A DNA stretch of 39,024 nt from Mycobacterium sp. (GTDB taxonomy: Bacteria; Actinomycetota; Actinomycetes; Mycobacteriales; Mycobacteriaceae), in the NCBI GenBank assembly GCA_028706695.1, contig JAQTVU010000001.1, forward strand, positions 1 to 39,024. Direction: 5' to 3'. Shown here piece by piece: positions 1-9,566 of this stretch. The stretch's first letter is position 1. Every line of letters starts with the position of its first letter. Both the position numbers and the translations under genes were made by a program. The notes beneath the pieces were generated by a model, which was given only the letters and a program-made list of their open reading frames with translations, searched no databases and was not told the DNA's origin.

Positions 1-2
1 TA

Positions 3-242
3 CGCGAGCAGTGGCTTGAGCGCCAGCAGCAAGTCACGGCCGCGCAGCAGGAAGAGGCCGCGGCCGCCGAGACCTACACCGCAAAAATCCACGAAGTCCT
101 CGCCACCGGCTGGGCCACCCCACAGGGCCTGGCCCTGCAAGGCCACGAGGCACCCAAGCCCCGGAAACGCGGCGCCACAAGCACCAAACGCGACACGAAA
201 AACGAGGCTGCAGAGCAGGACTCGCCTGCCGGCAAGAACTGA
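3..242 (+). CDS. 3' end of hypothetical protein (5' truncated by window)
   Basis: Open frame REQWLERQQQ...KIHEVLATGWATPQGL...PAGKN ending at TGA 240-242; co-oriented and 36 nt upstream of eccD. Confidence 0.6.
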   Translation, partial: REQWLERQQQVTAAQQEEAAAAETYTAKIHEVLATGWATPQGLALQGHEAPKPRKRGATSTKRDTKNEAAEQDSPAGKN

Positions 243-278
243 CCTAAACCGAAGAAACCACCGAGAAGAGCTCTGATC

Positions 279-1763
279 GTGCCAACCGTGCAAGCTGAAG
301 CCCGGATCCAAATCACCGTGCCCGGCCATGTCGTCGACGTGCCCATGTCCAACCATGCGCTGATCGGTGACTGCCTGGCCGAGCTGATCCCGTTCCTGCG
401 TAACGAGTTAGACCGCGCCGGTAAGGACTCCAGCTGGCTCAACGACGCCTCCGCGCACTGGACGCTGCGCCTGCCGTTCCACACCCACCCCCTCGACCCC
501 GGGAAAACCCTCGAGGAAGAAAAGGTCCGTGACGGTTCGCGCCTGCTGCTGGTGAAAAAAGACCCGGGGGAGAAGTATCCGCCGCTCATCGACGACGTCG
601 CCGAGGCCATCACCTACTGGCTCAAAGAGCACTTCCCATCGTGGGACGGACGGATCTCCCAGCGCGTCAACCTGATACTGCTACCCCTGGTCATCGCGTT
701 CGTGTCCGTGCTGGCCACCTTCTGGGCCGCAGCCACCCAACCCGCGATAACCGCACGCATCACCGTCTGCTCCATGATGGCCGCCGGCGCCGCACTCGCC
801 GCCGCGATCTCCCTCGTCGTGCTTCGCACCGACAGGGACCGGTACGGGCCGATCGTCGTCCCCTTCCTGACCATCACCTACCTCCTAGTGGGCACGGCCG
901 CCCTGCTGATCACCCCGCGACCCCTGGGTATCAACCAGCTCGCCGCCGCAGGCGGTGCACTATTCACCCTCGCGGTTGGCCTGGCGGTGATCACCGGAAC
1001 CAACGCGCGCCTGCACTACGGAATCGCCGCGGGCGCAGCCACAGTCACCGCAATCGCCGTGCTCAATATGGTCTACCGCAGCCCGACCGCGGTGCTCGGC
1101 GTCCAGCTGATCGCATTGAGTTTCTTCGTGATGCTCGGCAGCTCGCGAATCGCCTTGGCCCTGGCCCGGATCTCGTTGCCCTACGTCCCCGCCACCGGGG
1201 AAAGCTACGTGATCGGCAACGACCGCGCCGGCGACCTCGACGCCGGCAGCCTGCCCCGCGACGGTCGCGCTGCCGACTCGATCCTCAACCAAGAAGAACA
1301 GACGCTGACCGCATACGACTGCCTGGTGGGCATCCTGACCGGCGTGCTGACCGTCACCGTCTTCTCTGGATGGTTCATCGGCCGCAGCCTCGACAACCAC
1401 CAGTGGCTCATCTTCGCGTTCATCGTGACCATCGCCCTAGCGCTGGTGTATCGCGGGAAAAGCTACGACGACGCACGGTTGCAGGGCATCACACTCGTAG
1501 CAACCACCGCGCTGGCGGCATCATTTACCGGCGGCCTTGTCGTATCGCCCTCCTACGCAGAAAACCACACCCGCGCCGCCATCGCCGTCGGCCTGCTGGT
1601 GCTGTCCACCGTGCTGGCCTCCATCTACTCGATTCAGCAACGCCGCATCGTGAGCCCCATCGTCACCCGCGGCCTCGAAATACTCGAACGGGTGATCTAC
1701 GCCTCACCACTGATCTACGTCACGATCGCGATGGATCTCTACCAGAAAGTCCGGGCCCGCTGA
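279..1763 (+). CDS. eccD: Type VII secretion integral membrane protein EccD
   Basis: N-terminal ubiquitin-like (YukD) domain (LDPGKTLEEEKVRDGSRLLL), PPLIDDVAEAI linker, ~11 hydrophobic helices, C-terminal LYQKVR; precedes mycP. Confidence 0.95.
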   Translation: MPTVQAEARIQITVPGHVVDVPMSNHALIGDCLAELIPFLRNELDRAGKDSSWLNDASAHWTLRLPFHTHPLDPGKTLEEEKVRDGSRLLLVKKDPGEKYPPLIDDVAEAITYWLKEHFPSWDGRISQRVNLILLPLVIAFVSVLATFWAAATQPAITARITVCSMMAAGAALAAAISLVVLRTDRDRYGPIVVPFLTITYLLVGTAALLITPRPLGINQLAAAGGALFTLAVGLAVITGTNARLHYGIAAGAATVTAIAVLNMVYRSPTAVLGVQLIALSFFVMLGSSRIALALARISLPYVPATGESYVIGNDRAGDLDAGSLPRDGRAADSILNQEEQTLTAYDCLVGILTGVLTVTVFSGWFIGRSLDNHQWLIFAFIVTIALALVYRGKSYDDARLQGITLVATTALAASFTGGLVVSPSYAENHTRAAIAVGLLVLSTVLASIYSIQQRRIVSPIVTRGLEILERVIYASPLIYVTIAMDLYQKVRAR

Positions 1764-3148
1764 TGCGCTGGACGATCCGGGCGGCGGCACTGATCATCAC
1801 GCTGCTGATCGTCACCCCGGCCGCCGTCGCCCCTTCCGCCGCCGCCATCACACCTCCGCAGATCGACCCCGCCGTCGACGTCGCGCCACCCGACGGCGAC
1901 CCCGCACCAGCGGTGCCGATGAAGCAGGGATCGGTCTGCGCCACGTCGGCGGTCCTAGCCGATTCGCAATTCAGAACCATCCCCGCCAGCGCCGTCTTCG
2001 GTGTCGAGGAACTCCACAACTTCGCCCGCGGCGACGGACAAACCGTCGCCGTCATCGACTCCGGAGTGCAACCCAACGTGCGCCTGCCACACCTGCGCGG
2101 CGGCGGCGACTACATCGTCTCCGGCGACGGCCTGTCCGACTGTGACCACCACGGCACCCTCATAGCCGGAATCATCGCCGGCGCACCGTCACCCAACGAC
2201 GGCTTCATCGGCGTAGCGCCCGGCGCGGAAATCATCTCCATCCGCCAAACCAGCGCCGCGTTCCGCGAAGACAACCCGCCACCGGGCTGGTCGGACGCCG
2301 ACCGCTCAGCGGCCAACCTGACCGCCCTGGCCCAATCCATCGTGCACGCCGCCAACCTCGGCGCCACCGTCATCAACCTCTCGGTCACCGCATGCGTCGA
2401 CGCCGGCAGCCCCGTCGACCTACGCGCACTCGCCGGCGCCCTCTACTACGCCGCGGTCGTCAAGAACATCACGGTCATCGCCGCCGCAGGAAACGTCGGC
2501 CGCCAAACCTGCCAATCCAACCCCGGCTACGACCCCGCAAACCCCTCCGATCCACGCAACTGGGACGGAGTCCGCAGCATCTCACTGCCGTCATACTTCT
2601 CCAACCTGGTACTTTCGGTCGGCGGGTCCACCCTCACTGGAGACCCCTACGTCAACACGATGCCGGGCCCGTGGGTGGGCGTCGCAGCCCCCGCGATGAA
2701 CATCGTGTCCCTCGACCCCACTCAACCCACCCCCGGAGCGCTCACCAACGCCGCCATCGTCAAAGGGGTCCCCGTCCCCGAAAACGGCACCTCCTTCTCC
2801 GCAGCCTACGTTTCCGGCCTCGCCGCGCTCATCCGCGAGAAATTCCCCAATCTGACTGCCCACCAAGTGATCCACCGCATCCTCGCCACCGCCCACCCAC
2901 CCGCCGCCGGGCTGAACAACACCCTGGGCGCCGGCATCATCGACCCGACCGCAGCCCTGACCGACCAAGTGCCCCTCGGTGACCCCATCGCCCCCGGCGT
3001 GCCCAGCGTGTACGCGCCGATCCCTAAAGCCCCACCGCCGCCTGACAGCACAGCCCGCAACATCGCCCTGATCGTCCTGGGTGCCGGTGCCACCCTCCTG
3101 ATCATCCTTGGCTTGACGGTCTTCGCATTCAGGAAGAGGACCCAATGA
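1763..3148 (+). CDS. mycP: Mycosin, T7SS-associated subtilisin-like serine protease
   Basis: ATG overlaps the eccD TGA; signal peptide MRWTIRAAALIITLL; triad motifs VAVIDSG, DCDHHGT, GTSFSAAYVSG; C-terminal TM anchor. The 641 start in the ORF track is an upstream extension. Confidence 0.96.
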   Translation: MRWTIRAAALIITLLIVTPAAVAPSAAAITPPQIDPAVDVAPPDGDPAPAVPMKQGSVCATSAVLADSQFRTIPASAVFGVEELHNFARGDGQTVAVIDSGVQPNVRLPHLRGGGDYIVSGDGLSDCDHHGTLIAGIIAGAPSPNDGFIGVAPGAEIISIRQTSAAFREDNPPPGWSDADRSAANLTALAQSIVHAANLGATVINLSVTACVDAGSPVDLRALAGALYYAAVVKNITVIAAAGNVGRQTCQSNPGYDPANPSDPRNWDGVRSISLPSYFSNLVLSVGGSTLTGDPYVNTMPGPWVGVAAPAMNIVSLDPTQPTPGALTNAAIVKGVPVPENGTSFSAAYVSGLAALIREKFPNLTAHQVIHRILATAHPPAAGLNNTLGAGIIDPTAALTDQVPLGDPIAPGVPSVYAPIPKAPPPPDSTARNIALIVLGAGATLLIILGLTVFAFRKRTQ

Positions 3149-4962
3149 GCCCGCGCCGACACCCTGCAGGCAAGCAGGACAACAAATCGGCGTCCCCCGC
3201 CGCACACCCCAAAGCGCAACTCGGGAGAACACAGATGACACCAGACCGGCGCATCGGCCTCAAACTGCAGCTAACCAACCTCACGGCCCTGGTCACGGTC
3301 GGAATCATCACTGTCTTGGCGACCGCCTCCCTCAAGGTACAACCACCCGTGACGTGGGAAATCCTAGCCGCCGCGGCCGCCTTTACCGTCATGATCGGCG
3401 TCGTCACCTACCGGTCACGGACCTTATTGGGTTGGATCGGCCGCCGCCTGCGTTACCGGCGCAGCCCCCGCGACACCATCTCCCTCTACGAGGCCGAAGG
3501 CATCGGCATCACCTGGGACGGCCAACGCGCCTGCACCTACATCGAAGTACTTCCTCAGCCCTACGCCATCACCATCGTCTCTGGCACCCGCGAATCCGTC
3601 ATTCGCGCACTGCCGATTGACCAAATCCGCGAAGAGCTCGTCCAATTCGACATCCACTGCGACGCCGTCACAGTCGTCACCTTCGGGCACAACTACCAGC
3701 GCCCCAACCAGGCCGCGACTGCGCTCCAAGCAACAATCGGCCCAACACCGGCACTGCTCTACGGCCGCACCTTCATCGAAGTCGCCATCACCTTGGCCGA
3801 CTCCCTCGACAGCATCTACGCCCGCGCCGGAACCGAAGACATCCCCGCAGGAATCAGCCGCACCGTCAAAATCGCCGCCGAACGGATCCGCCGCCGCGTC
3901 GCCCACGACGGCTGGAAAACCCAACTCCTCACCAAATCGGACCTCGCCGAGCTACACACCCACATCGCCAGCCAGCTCAATCCTGCGCTTGCAGAAGAAC
4001 ATTGGAGCGCATGCGGCCCTAAAACAATGCGCGCCGTAGCCTTCACACCAGGCCCAAGGGCATGGACCACCGCCAACTACCGTGAATGGTGCCGCCTCAA
4101 CACCCACCGCCAAATCCACATCGCCCGATTCGACCGCCGCCACGGCACCGACCACGCCGAAATGTACGTCGGATTCCTCACCTCCGACGCCAGCTCCCTA
4201 GCCACCGTCACCGCCCTGGGCCTGCGCCGCGAGCACGGCCAACAAGGCGACATCCTCACTGCAGCACTACCGTTAGCCCGCACCGTGCGTCCCAGTGCGG
4301 TACACGGCAAACCCCTCCCCGCCGAAACCGAGTTCCCAATACCACTGGCACCAGCGGGAATCGGAACCTACATCGGCCTAACACCCAACCGCGCACAAGT
4401 CTTCGTCAACTTCACCGTCGGCTCCGAACCGTTCTACATCTTCGGCCCCGCCGCGATGTGCCAACAACTGCTGGTCTGGCTATCGACCAGCGGCCGCAGC
4501 ATCAACATCACGCTCCCCGGAGACGAATGGAAAGAATTTGCCTCCCGCATCGGCGCGACCTATCGGACCCGCCGCGACGCCGACATCGTCCTGGCCGGCC
4601 GCGACGAACTGACCGACGCAGCCCACCCCAACCAAGTGCGCCTCGTCTGGGCGACCACCCCACCAGCGACCGCCCCAGCCTTCGCCATCGTGGCCGGCCC
4701 CAACGAATGCCTGCTGCACACACCACCGGCCCCAGGCGCACTCACTGAACCGATCCGCTTCCGCTGGTCGCTCGCCAAGGCCGAAGAAGCCTTCTTCACC
4801 ATCGCCAGCCCACAACGCGACCCCGCCCCACCCCCGACTCGCCGCCCGCTACAACGCCCCACACCGTCCCGCCGACCACCGCAACAGAAGCCGGTCGCTC
4901 CGACCAACCCAGAGTCGCCACAACCTGGCGGCCGCCACGCGGCACCGACACGGTCCAACTGA
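3145..4962 (+). CDS. eccE: Type VII secretion protein EccE
   Basis: ATGA overlap with mycP; two N-terminal TM helices, GITWDG and QFDIHCDAVTVV motifs typical of EccE; canonical position after mycP (alternative start 3235). Confidence 0.85.
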   Translation: MSPRRHPAGKQDNKSASPAAHPKAQLGRTQMTPDRRIGLKLQLTNLTALVTVGIITVLATASLKVQPPVTWEILAAAAAFTVMIGVVTYRSRTLLGWIGRRLRYRRSPRDTISLYEAEGIGITWDGQRACTYIEVLPQPYAITIVSGTRESVIRALPIDQIREELVQFDIHCDAVTVVTFGHNYQRPNQAATALQATIGPTPALLYGRTFIEVAITLADSLDSIYARAGTEDIPAGISRTVKIAAERIRRRVAHDGWKTQLLTKSDLAELHTHIASQLNPALAEEHWSACGPKTMRAVAFTPGPRAWTTANYREWCRLNTHRQIHIARFDRRHGTDHAEMYVGFLTSDASSLATVTALGLRREHGQQGDILTAALPLARTVRPSAVHGKPLPAETEFPIPLAPAGIGTYIGLTPNRAQVFVNFTVGSEPFYIFGPAAMCQQLLVWLSTSGRSINITLPGDEWKEFASRIGATYRTRRDADIVLAGRDELTDAAHPNQVRLVWATTPPATAPAFAIVAGPNECLLHTPPAPGALTEPIRFRWSLAKAEEAFFTIASPQRDPAPPPTRRPLQRPTPSRRPPQQKPVAPTNPESPQPGGRHAAPTRSN

Positions 4963-5019
4963 CCAGCCGCACGCGAAATACCCCCGAAAGCAACGCCATT
5001 CGAGTCGAGGAAACCCACC

Positions 5020-5172
5020 ATGTATGTAGCTGACATCAACGACGCCGCGCTGTTGGAAGAGATGGCAGTCAGACTCCTCGCCGACGTGTCCGTATCGGCC
5101 GCGCGACGCGAGCAAGCCCAGTGGGACCTCGAGGACGTCCGCGGGCGAATCGCGGAACTCGAACAAGACTGA
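5020..5172 (+). CDS. Small helical hypothetical protein (50 aa, not in ORF track)
   Basis: GAGG RBS at 5007-5010; MYVADINDAALLEEMAVRLL...VRGRIAELEQD*. Confidence 0.6.
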   Translation: MYVADINDAALLEEMAVRLLADVSVSAARREQAQWDLEDVRGRIAELEQD

Positions 5173-5189
5173 TCACCCAGGAGAACGCA

Positions 5190-5480
5190 TTGGAATTAGA
5201 CCACACGAACTGGTACACGGTGGCCCGCTACCGCGTCGACGGAACCGTTCCGATCACAACCGTCATCAAAGAGCTTGAACAGACCGGCGACGTGATTGAC
5301 GTCGATGAAGCAGGTGGTTACGTCCTGTTCGCCTTGGACAAGCAATTCCGTTCCACCGCAAAAGATTTAACCGGAGTGAAGGCCAATGCGATTCAGGCCC
5401 TGCCCAGACCGCAGGGATGCGACCACCTCGAAGTCATCAACGTGACCCGCAAAGCAGACAACTACGTGTTCGAACTCTGA
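5190..5480 (+). CDS. Hypothetical protein (~96 aa)
   Basis: AGGAG RBS just upstream of TTG 5190; globular-looking composition. Confidence 0.65.
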   Translation: MELDHTNWYTVARYRVDGTVPITTVIKELEQTGDVIDVDEAGGYVLFALDKQFRSTAKDLTGVKANAIQALPRPQGCDHLEVINVTRKADNYVFEL

Positions 5481-5549
5481 GCGCACAGAGCCCTCGCCAG
5501 ACGTCGCTAGATCGGCCCACCGTGCCGGCGCCTCGCTCTTACCCGGCCA

Positions 5550-6284
5550 TCAACCACGGCCAGCCCCGACTGGACCAGCCACGCCTTCGCACGTGGTATT
5601 CAACCCAGAGATGAGCGCGTTACGCTGGTGATCGTTGGCCGCGACCGAGCCTTGGCGCATCAGCTGATAAGCGGCGGCCTGCGCGAGCAGTAAGTACGGC
5701 GCGTAGTTCGCCTTCGGGTCCATCGTGGACACAACATCGAGAGCGGCGGCCTGGCGGCTGAGCCGTTCGGCGACGTGCTGGAACGAATCGGCGAAGCCAG
5801 CAAAATCCAGGTCATCCCCGTTGGGGTGGGCAAGCCCGTAGAGGATCCACCCCTGCGCGACTGTCACGTCGGCACCGGCAGGTATTTGCGCCATCAGCGC
5901 CAAGGCCTGCTCAGTCGGGCGCCCGTCCGGGCCCAGCCCGGCGGGCAGTGGATCAACGGCTGGGTGGATATCGTCTGGTGTGACCGGCTGCTGTTCCGGC
6001 GCTGGCGGTTTGGCGCAAATATCCGGGATCCGAGGGGCTCCGTACTGGCCGCCGCGGCCACCGAAAATCCACGCCGCAGCGGTATCGGCCACTGTGATCG
6101 GAAACTGGGCGATAGCTCCAAAGCCTAAGAACCCCAGCCCGATTACCGCACAAACGGCTACCGCCAGCCGCCGTTGACGCCGCCCGCCGCGCGTCCCGGC
6201 GACCATCGCCAGCGCCACCGACGGCGCACCCCGGCTGGCAGCAGAAACTCCGGAGCGAACGGCTCGGATCAACGTTCGCTGCAT
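5550..6284 (-). CDS. Membrane-anchored hypothetical protein
   Basis: Arg-rich segment followed by a TM helix (LAVAVCAVIGLGFLGFGAI); TACCGT -10 hexamer 6 nt before the ATG. Confidence 0.75.
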   Translation of the reverse strand: MQRTLIRAVRSGVSAASRGAPSVALAMVAGTRGGRRQRRLAVAVCAVIGLGFLGFGAIAQFPITVADTAAAWIFGGRGGQYGAPRIPDICAKPPAPEQQPVTPDDIHPAVDPLPAGLGPDGRPTEQALALMAQIPAGADVTVAQGWILYGLAHPNGDDLDFAGFADSFQHVAERLSRQAAALDVVSTMDPKANYAPYLLLAQAAAYQLMRQGSVAANDHQRNALISGLNTTCEGVAGPVGAGRG

Positions 6285-6290
6285 GCCTCA

Positions 6291-6300
6291 ACGGTAAACT
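6291..6300. promoter_or_regulatory. Overlapping divergent TANNNT -10 elements
   Basis: TACCGT on the minus strand (6291-6296), 6 nt from ATG 6284; TAAACT on the plus strand (6295-6300) upstream of espG. Confidence 0.45.
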
Positions 6301-6405
6301 CCGCCGTAGGTTGACCCGGTTCACACCAACCGTGTTGACCGCATTTTTCGCTGCCGCAGCGCCCGCACCGATACCGCGTGCATCCAATAGGAAAAGGGGG
6401 TACCG

Positions 6406-7320
6406 ATGGGGAACTCCGACTTCGACCAGCGCCACCTCATCGCCCTGTATCGGCGCGGCCTCATCAACGAACTACCACTCGAACTGGGCCCGATGCCCGT
6501 CTTCGAGCTCGACGGCTCAGTCGACCTGGACCTGCGCCGCTGGAACATCGTCAACGAAGCCGGCGAGCTCACCCCGCCGGCCCGCGAGCTACTCGCGGGG
6601 CTGACCAACTACGAGTGGGCGCTGTGGGGAATTGTGCTGCTCTACAACGAACGTCGGAAGATCGAGGTCGACCTCCCGGAAGAATTCGTGCGATACGGCG
6701 TGCAATACGCCTTACGTGACATTCCCCGAGTCACCTTCCTCATCGGGTACCGCGATGCGGTGTTCACCACCATCACGATGACCGGCGGTCGGCTCGCCAT
6801 CGCCACCGATCAAGCGCGCAACACCGACCCTGACCGCCTGAACATGACCGCCGGCGCCATCATCAAAGCGATCCTCGACCCGAGCGACAGCTGGCACCCC
6901 TATCCGCTCGAGCGGTTCTCCATCCCGGCGGCGACCGCTGATGCGCTCAAACAGGACCGTGGCAAGGACCTCGACGACGTGGTCGAAGCTACCCGGGATG
7001 GACTACGTGATGCGGGAATGGCAGGCACCACCGTGCGCACCTTGTCTGAGCTGCTCAAACAGGACAACGTGGCACTCGCCCAGATTGCCTTGACCCGCCG
7101 CGGGCCGGAGGGTAAGAAGACGGCGAAGCAGAACGCCGCTGGGGTGATGTTCTTCACCGGCGAGCACACCGGTTCGGTTGTGAGTTATCCGACCTTAGGG
7201 ATGGACGGTCGGCAGTGGATCACCTACGAGCCGGCTAGCCCCGAAGCGTTGGGCAGGGCAGTCGGCGAACTGCACACCGGTCTGACCTACGCGGCGGCCG
7301 CCGATATTGTCCTGAAATAG
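6406..7320 (+). CDS. espG: ESX secretion-associated chaperone, EspG family
   Basis: 304 aa; ELPLELG near the N-terminus; C-terminal DGRQWITYEPASPEALGRAVGEL typical of EspG; adjacent to PE/PPE. Confidence 0.8.
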   Translation: MGNSDFDQRHLIALYRRGLINELPLELGPMPVFELDGSVDLDLRRWNIVNEAGELTPPARELLAGLTNYEWALWGIVLLYNERRKIEVDLPEEFVRYGVQYALRDIPRVTFLIGYRDAVFTTITMTGGRLAIATDQARNTDPDRLNMTAGAIIKAILDPSDSWHPYPLERFSIPAATADALKQDRGKDLDDVVEATRDGLRDAGMAGTTVRTLSELLKQDNVALAQIALTRRGPEGKKTAKQNAAGVMFFTGEHTGSVVSYPTLGMDGRQWITYEPASPEALGRAVGELHTGLTYAAAADIVLK

Positions 7321-7456
7321 CACAGTCCAACAAAAACGAGACGCCGGGAAAAAACGAAACGCCCACGCGTAATAAATCACGGGTGTCACAACCGTCCACA
7401 TCGTCTATTCTTGCTAGCAAGTTTGCTCCCAAACCAGGGGAAGGGAATTAGCGGAC

Positions 7457-7759
7457 ATGTCAGGAATTGTCGGAATTCAGAGCGTGCCGGCCATGGTCGG
7501 CACAGTAGGCGTGCTGCAGGGCATCCAGGCGCAACTGGCCGCGACGTCGGCGGCCAACAGCGCCACGTCGATGGCGGTGCTACCTGCGGGTGCCGAAGGT
7601 GCGTCAGCATTAGCGATGGCCAAGCATCAGGCCACCGCAGCGGACTTCGCCGCGCAGTTCGAACTCGGCCTCGAGCAGATGATCGAACTGAGCAGCACCA
7701 TCCAATCGGCGTCAGCGGCCCACGTCATCACCGACGTCGGAAGCGCCGCCGCGTTCTAA
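7457..7759 (+). CDS. Divergent PE-family protein
   Basis: 100 aa Ala-rich; VLPAGAEGAS matches the PE PAGA(E/D)xxS loop; HVITD at the YxxxD/E position; directly upstream of PPE. Confidence 0.8.
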   Translation: MSGIVGIQSVPAMVGTVGVLQGIQAQLAATSAANSATSMAVLPAGAEGASALAMAKHQATAADFAAQFELGLEQMIELSSTIQSASAAHVITDVGSAAAF

Positions 7760-7769
7760 GACCGGGGAA

Positions 7770-7843
7770 TGCCCAGCCGCTACCAGCATCCCGATTCCCG
7801 AATCCCCTTCGGGAGCAGGCGAATCGGGATGTGCGGGTGGGCA
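7770..7843 (+). other. Long nested stem-loop between PE and PPE
   Basis: TGCCCAGCCGC/GCGGGTGGGCA (1 mismatch), CATCCCGATTC/GAATCGGGATG (perfect 11 bp), inner CCGAA/TTCGG. Confidence 0.7.
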
Positions 7844-7856
7844 ATAGAGGGGGCTG

Positions 7857-9083
7857 ATGAGCACCGAGCCGTGGGGCGGCTACATCCCGGAAATTAACGC
7901 TGGCCGCCAAGAAGCAGGAGCGGGTCCCTCCACCTGGCTGGCCGCAGGGGCGATGTGGACCGACTTTGCCGCCATGGTCGGCGAAGCCATGGCAGCCATG
8001 AGCGCCGAACTCGCCTCACTCGGCATCAACTGGCAAGGCCTCGCACCGACCGCGATGACAGCCGCCGTCGGTCCCTTCATGATGTGGCTGGCGACCATGG
8101 AAGCGAACGCCGCCGCCAACGCACTGTCCTGCTTCGCCGTCGCCGAGGCCTACGCGGTCGCCACCGGATCCATGATCCCGCTGCCCGCGGTCAATATGAA
8201 TCGCATCAGCGAGGCCATCGCCGAAGCCACGAATTTCCTCGGCGTGAATTCAGGAATCATCGCCGCCCTCAACGCCGAATACGGCGAATTCTGGGGTAAC
8301 AATGGCGCCGTGATGGTCACCTACGACGAGGCAGTGCAAACAGCGACCATTCCCAAACCGGCGTCACCGCCCCCGCCACTAGCCAGCGCCGCAGCCGGCG
8401 CTGAACAGATCGGCCAAGCCATGGCCGACGCCGCCGCCCAACAGGCCCTCGGCCAGGGCACCGACGCTGCCACCAATGCGATGGGCAGCACAGTGGACGG
8501 CGCCACGTCGGGCACCGGAGACGCCAACGGCATGTCGAGCATGCTCGGTTCGGCCAGCTCGCTATTCTCCGCCCCAGAGCAGGCCCTCAGCCAATTCTCC
8601 AGCGCCGGAAGCGGTCTCACCCAGCCACTGAACTCACTGACCCAGCCCTTCACGTCGCTACTGAGCACCATGGGAGGAAGCACCAGCGAGACAGGCGCCT
8701 TGGGCCTCGGACCGGGGTCAATGGGCTCGCTGGCAGGGTTCAGTTCAGGCGGCATCGGCGACGGGGGAGGAGGCGGTGCCGGACTCGGTGGCGGCGGGGT
8801 CCCGATAGGCGGGGGACTGGGCGGCGCGATGCTCGGCCAAACCTACATGGGCGCAAGCGGGGGACCCGTCAAGAGCCAACAGGTATTCAACGGCGTCTCA
8901 GCCCGACCCAGCATCGCCGAAACAGTCGCCAACGCCGGCCCGGGCCCAGGCGGCGCCGGCGGCGGCGGGGGACTGTCTCCGATGATGCATGGCGGCGGCT
9001 CCGGATCGACATCGAAAAGCCGTGCCAGCAACCCGGTCTACGCAGTACCAGACACGCCGGATCCCGATGAACGGTCTACCTAA
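7857..9083 (+). CDS. PPE-family protein
   Basis: IPEINA (PPE variant), GAGP, WQG, ATNFLGVN, EYGEFW...NGAVMVTY; Gly/Ser-rich tail. Confidence 0.92.
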   Translation: MSTEPWGGYIPEINAGRQEAGAGPSTWLAAGAMWTDFAAMVGEAMAAMSAELASLGINWQGLAPTAMTAAVGPFMMWLATMEANAAANALSCFAVAEAYAVATGSMIPLPAVNMNRISEAIAEATNFLGVNSGIIAALNAEYGEFWGNNGAVMVTYDEAVQTATIPKPASPPPPLASAAAGAEQIGQAMADAAAQQALGQGTDAATNAMGSTVDGATSGTGDANGMSSMLGSASSLFSAPEQALSQFSSAGSGLTQPLNSLTQPFTSLLSTMGGSTSETGALGLGPGSMGSLAGFSSGGIGDGGGGGAGLGGGGVPIGGGLGGAMLGQTYMGASGGPVKSQQVFNGVSARPSIAETVANAGPGPGGAGGGGGLSPMMHGGGSGSTSKSRASNPVYAVPDTPDPDERST

Positions 9084-9221
9084 TACCTGCCCGCAAACGC
9101 TTGCGGCTCAACGGAAATCACGCAGACCGGCCACCCGGACCTGGTCATCATCCCGACGACGCCCGCCGCCGCCGCGGCGCTGCCCACGCAACGCTGATCG
9201 ACAACAAACCAGGGGAACACA

Positions 9222-9566
9222 ATGACCGACACCACGATCTCCGCCAGCATCCCGACGCTACGCAACGTCTCCGCCCAGCTCGCCAGCACCGCCGAAGACA
9301 TCGCGGCGCTCCTGCCAGACCTCAAAGAGCTCGAAGCCTCGGCCCGTAAAGAGGCATCAGCCAACACGGTCGACGGTAGCCCCGCGCCGATCTACTCGCC
9401 CCTGCTGTCATCGTTGAGCGCCGTCAGCTCAAAGATCCGCACCCACTTCGGCCAACTGCACCAGAACATCACCGGAGACGCGGCCGCACTGAAGAAGCTG
9501 GCCGACGACCTGGAGAGCACCGACCAGACGCACGGCCACAAGATCAACGGCATCACCACGGCCTAG
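9222..9566 (+). CDS. Helical-hairpin T7SS substrate-like protein (WXG100/Esp-like, lacks WxG), copy 1
   Basis: 114 aa; two amphipathic helices around a DGSPAP turn; C-terminal LESTD; follows PPE; AGGGG RBS. Confidence 0.65.
   Translation: MTDTTISASIPTLRNVSAQLASTAEDIAALLPDLKELEASARKEASANTVDGSPAPIYSPLLSSLSAVSSKIRTHFGQLHQNITGDAAALKKLADDLESTDQTHGHKINGITTA

Noticed and set aside
641-1762. 835-aa ORF as an extended mycosin
   Set aside because: The Arg-rich extension is an alternate frame of eccD; the true start with a signal peptide is ATG 1763
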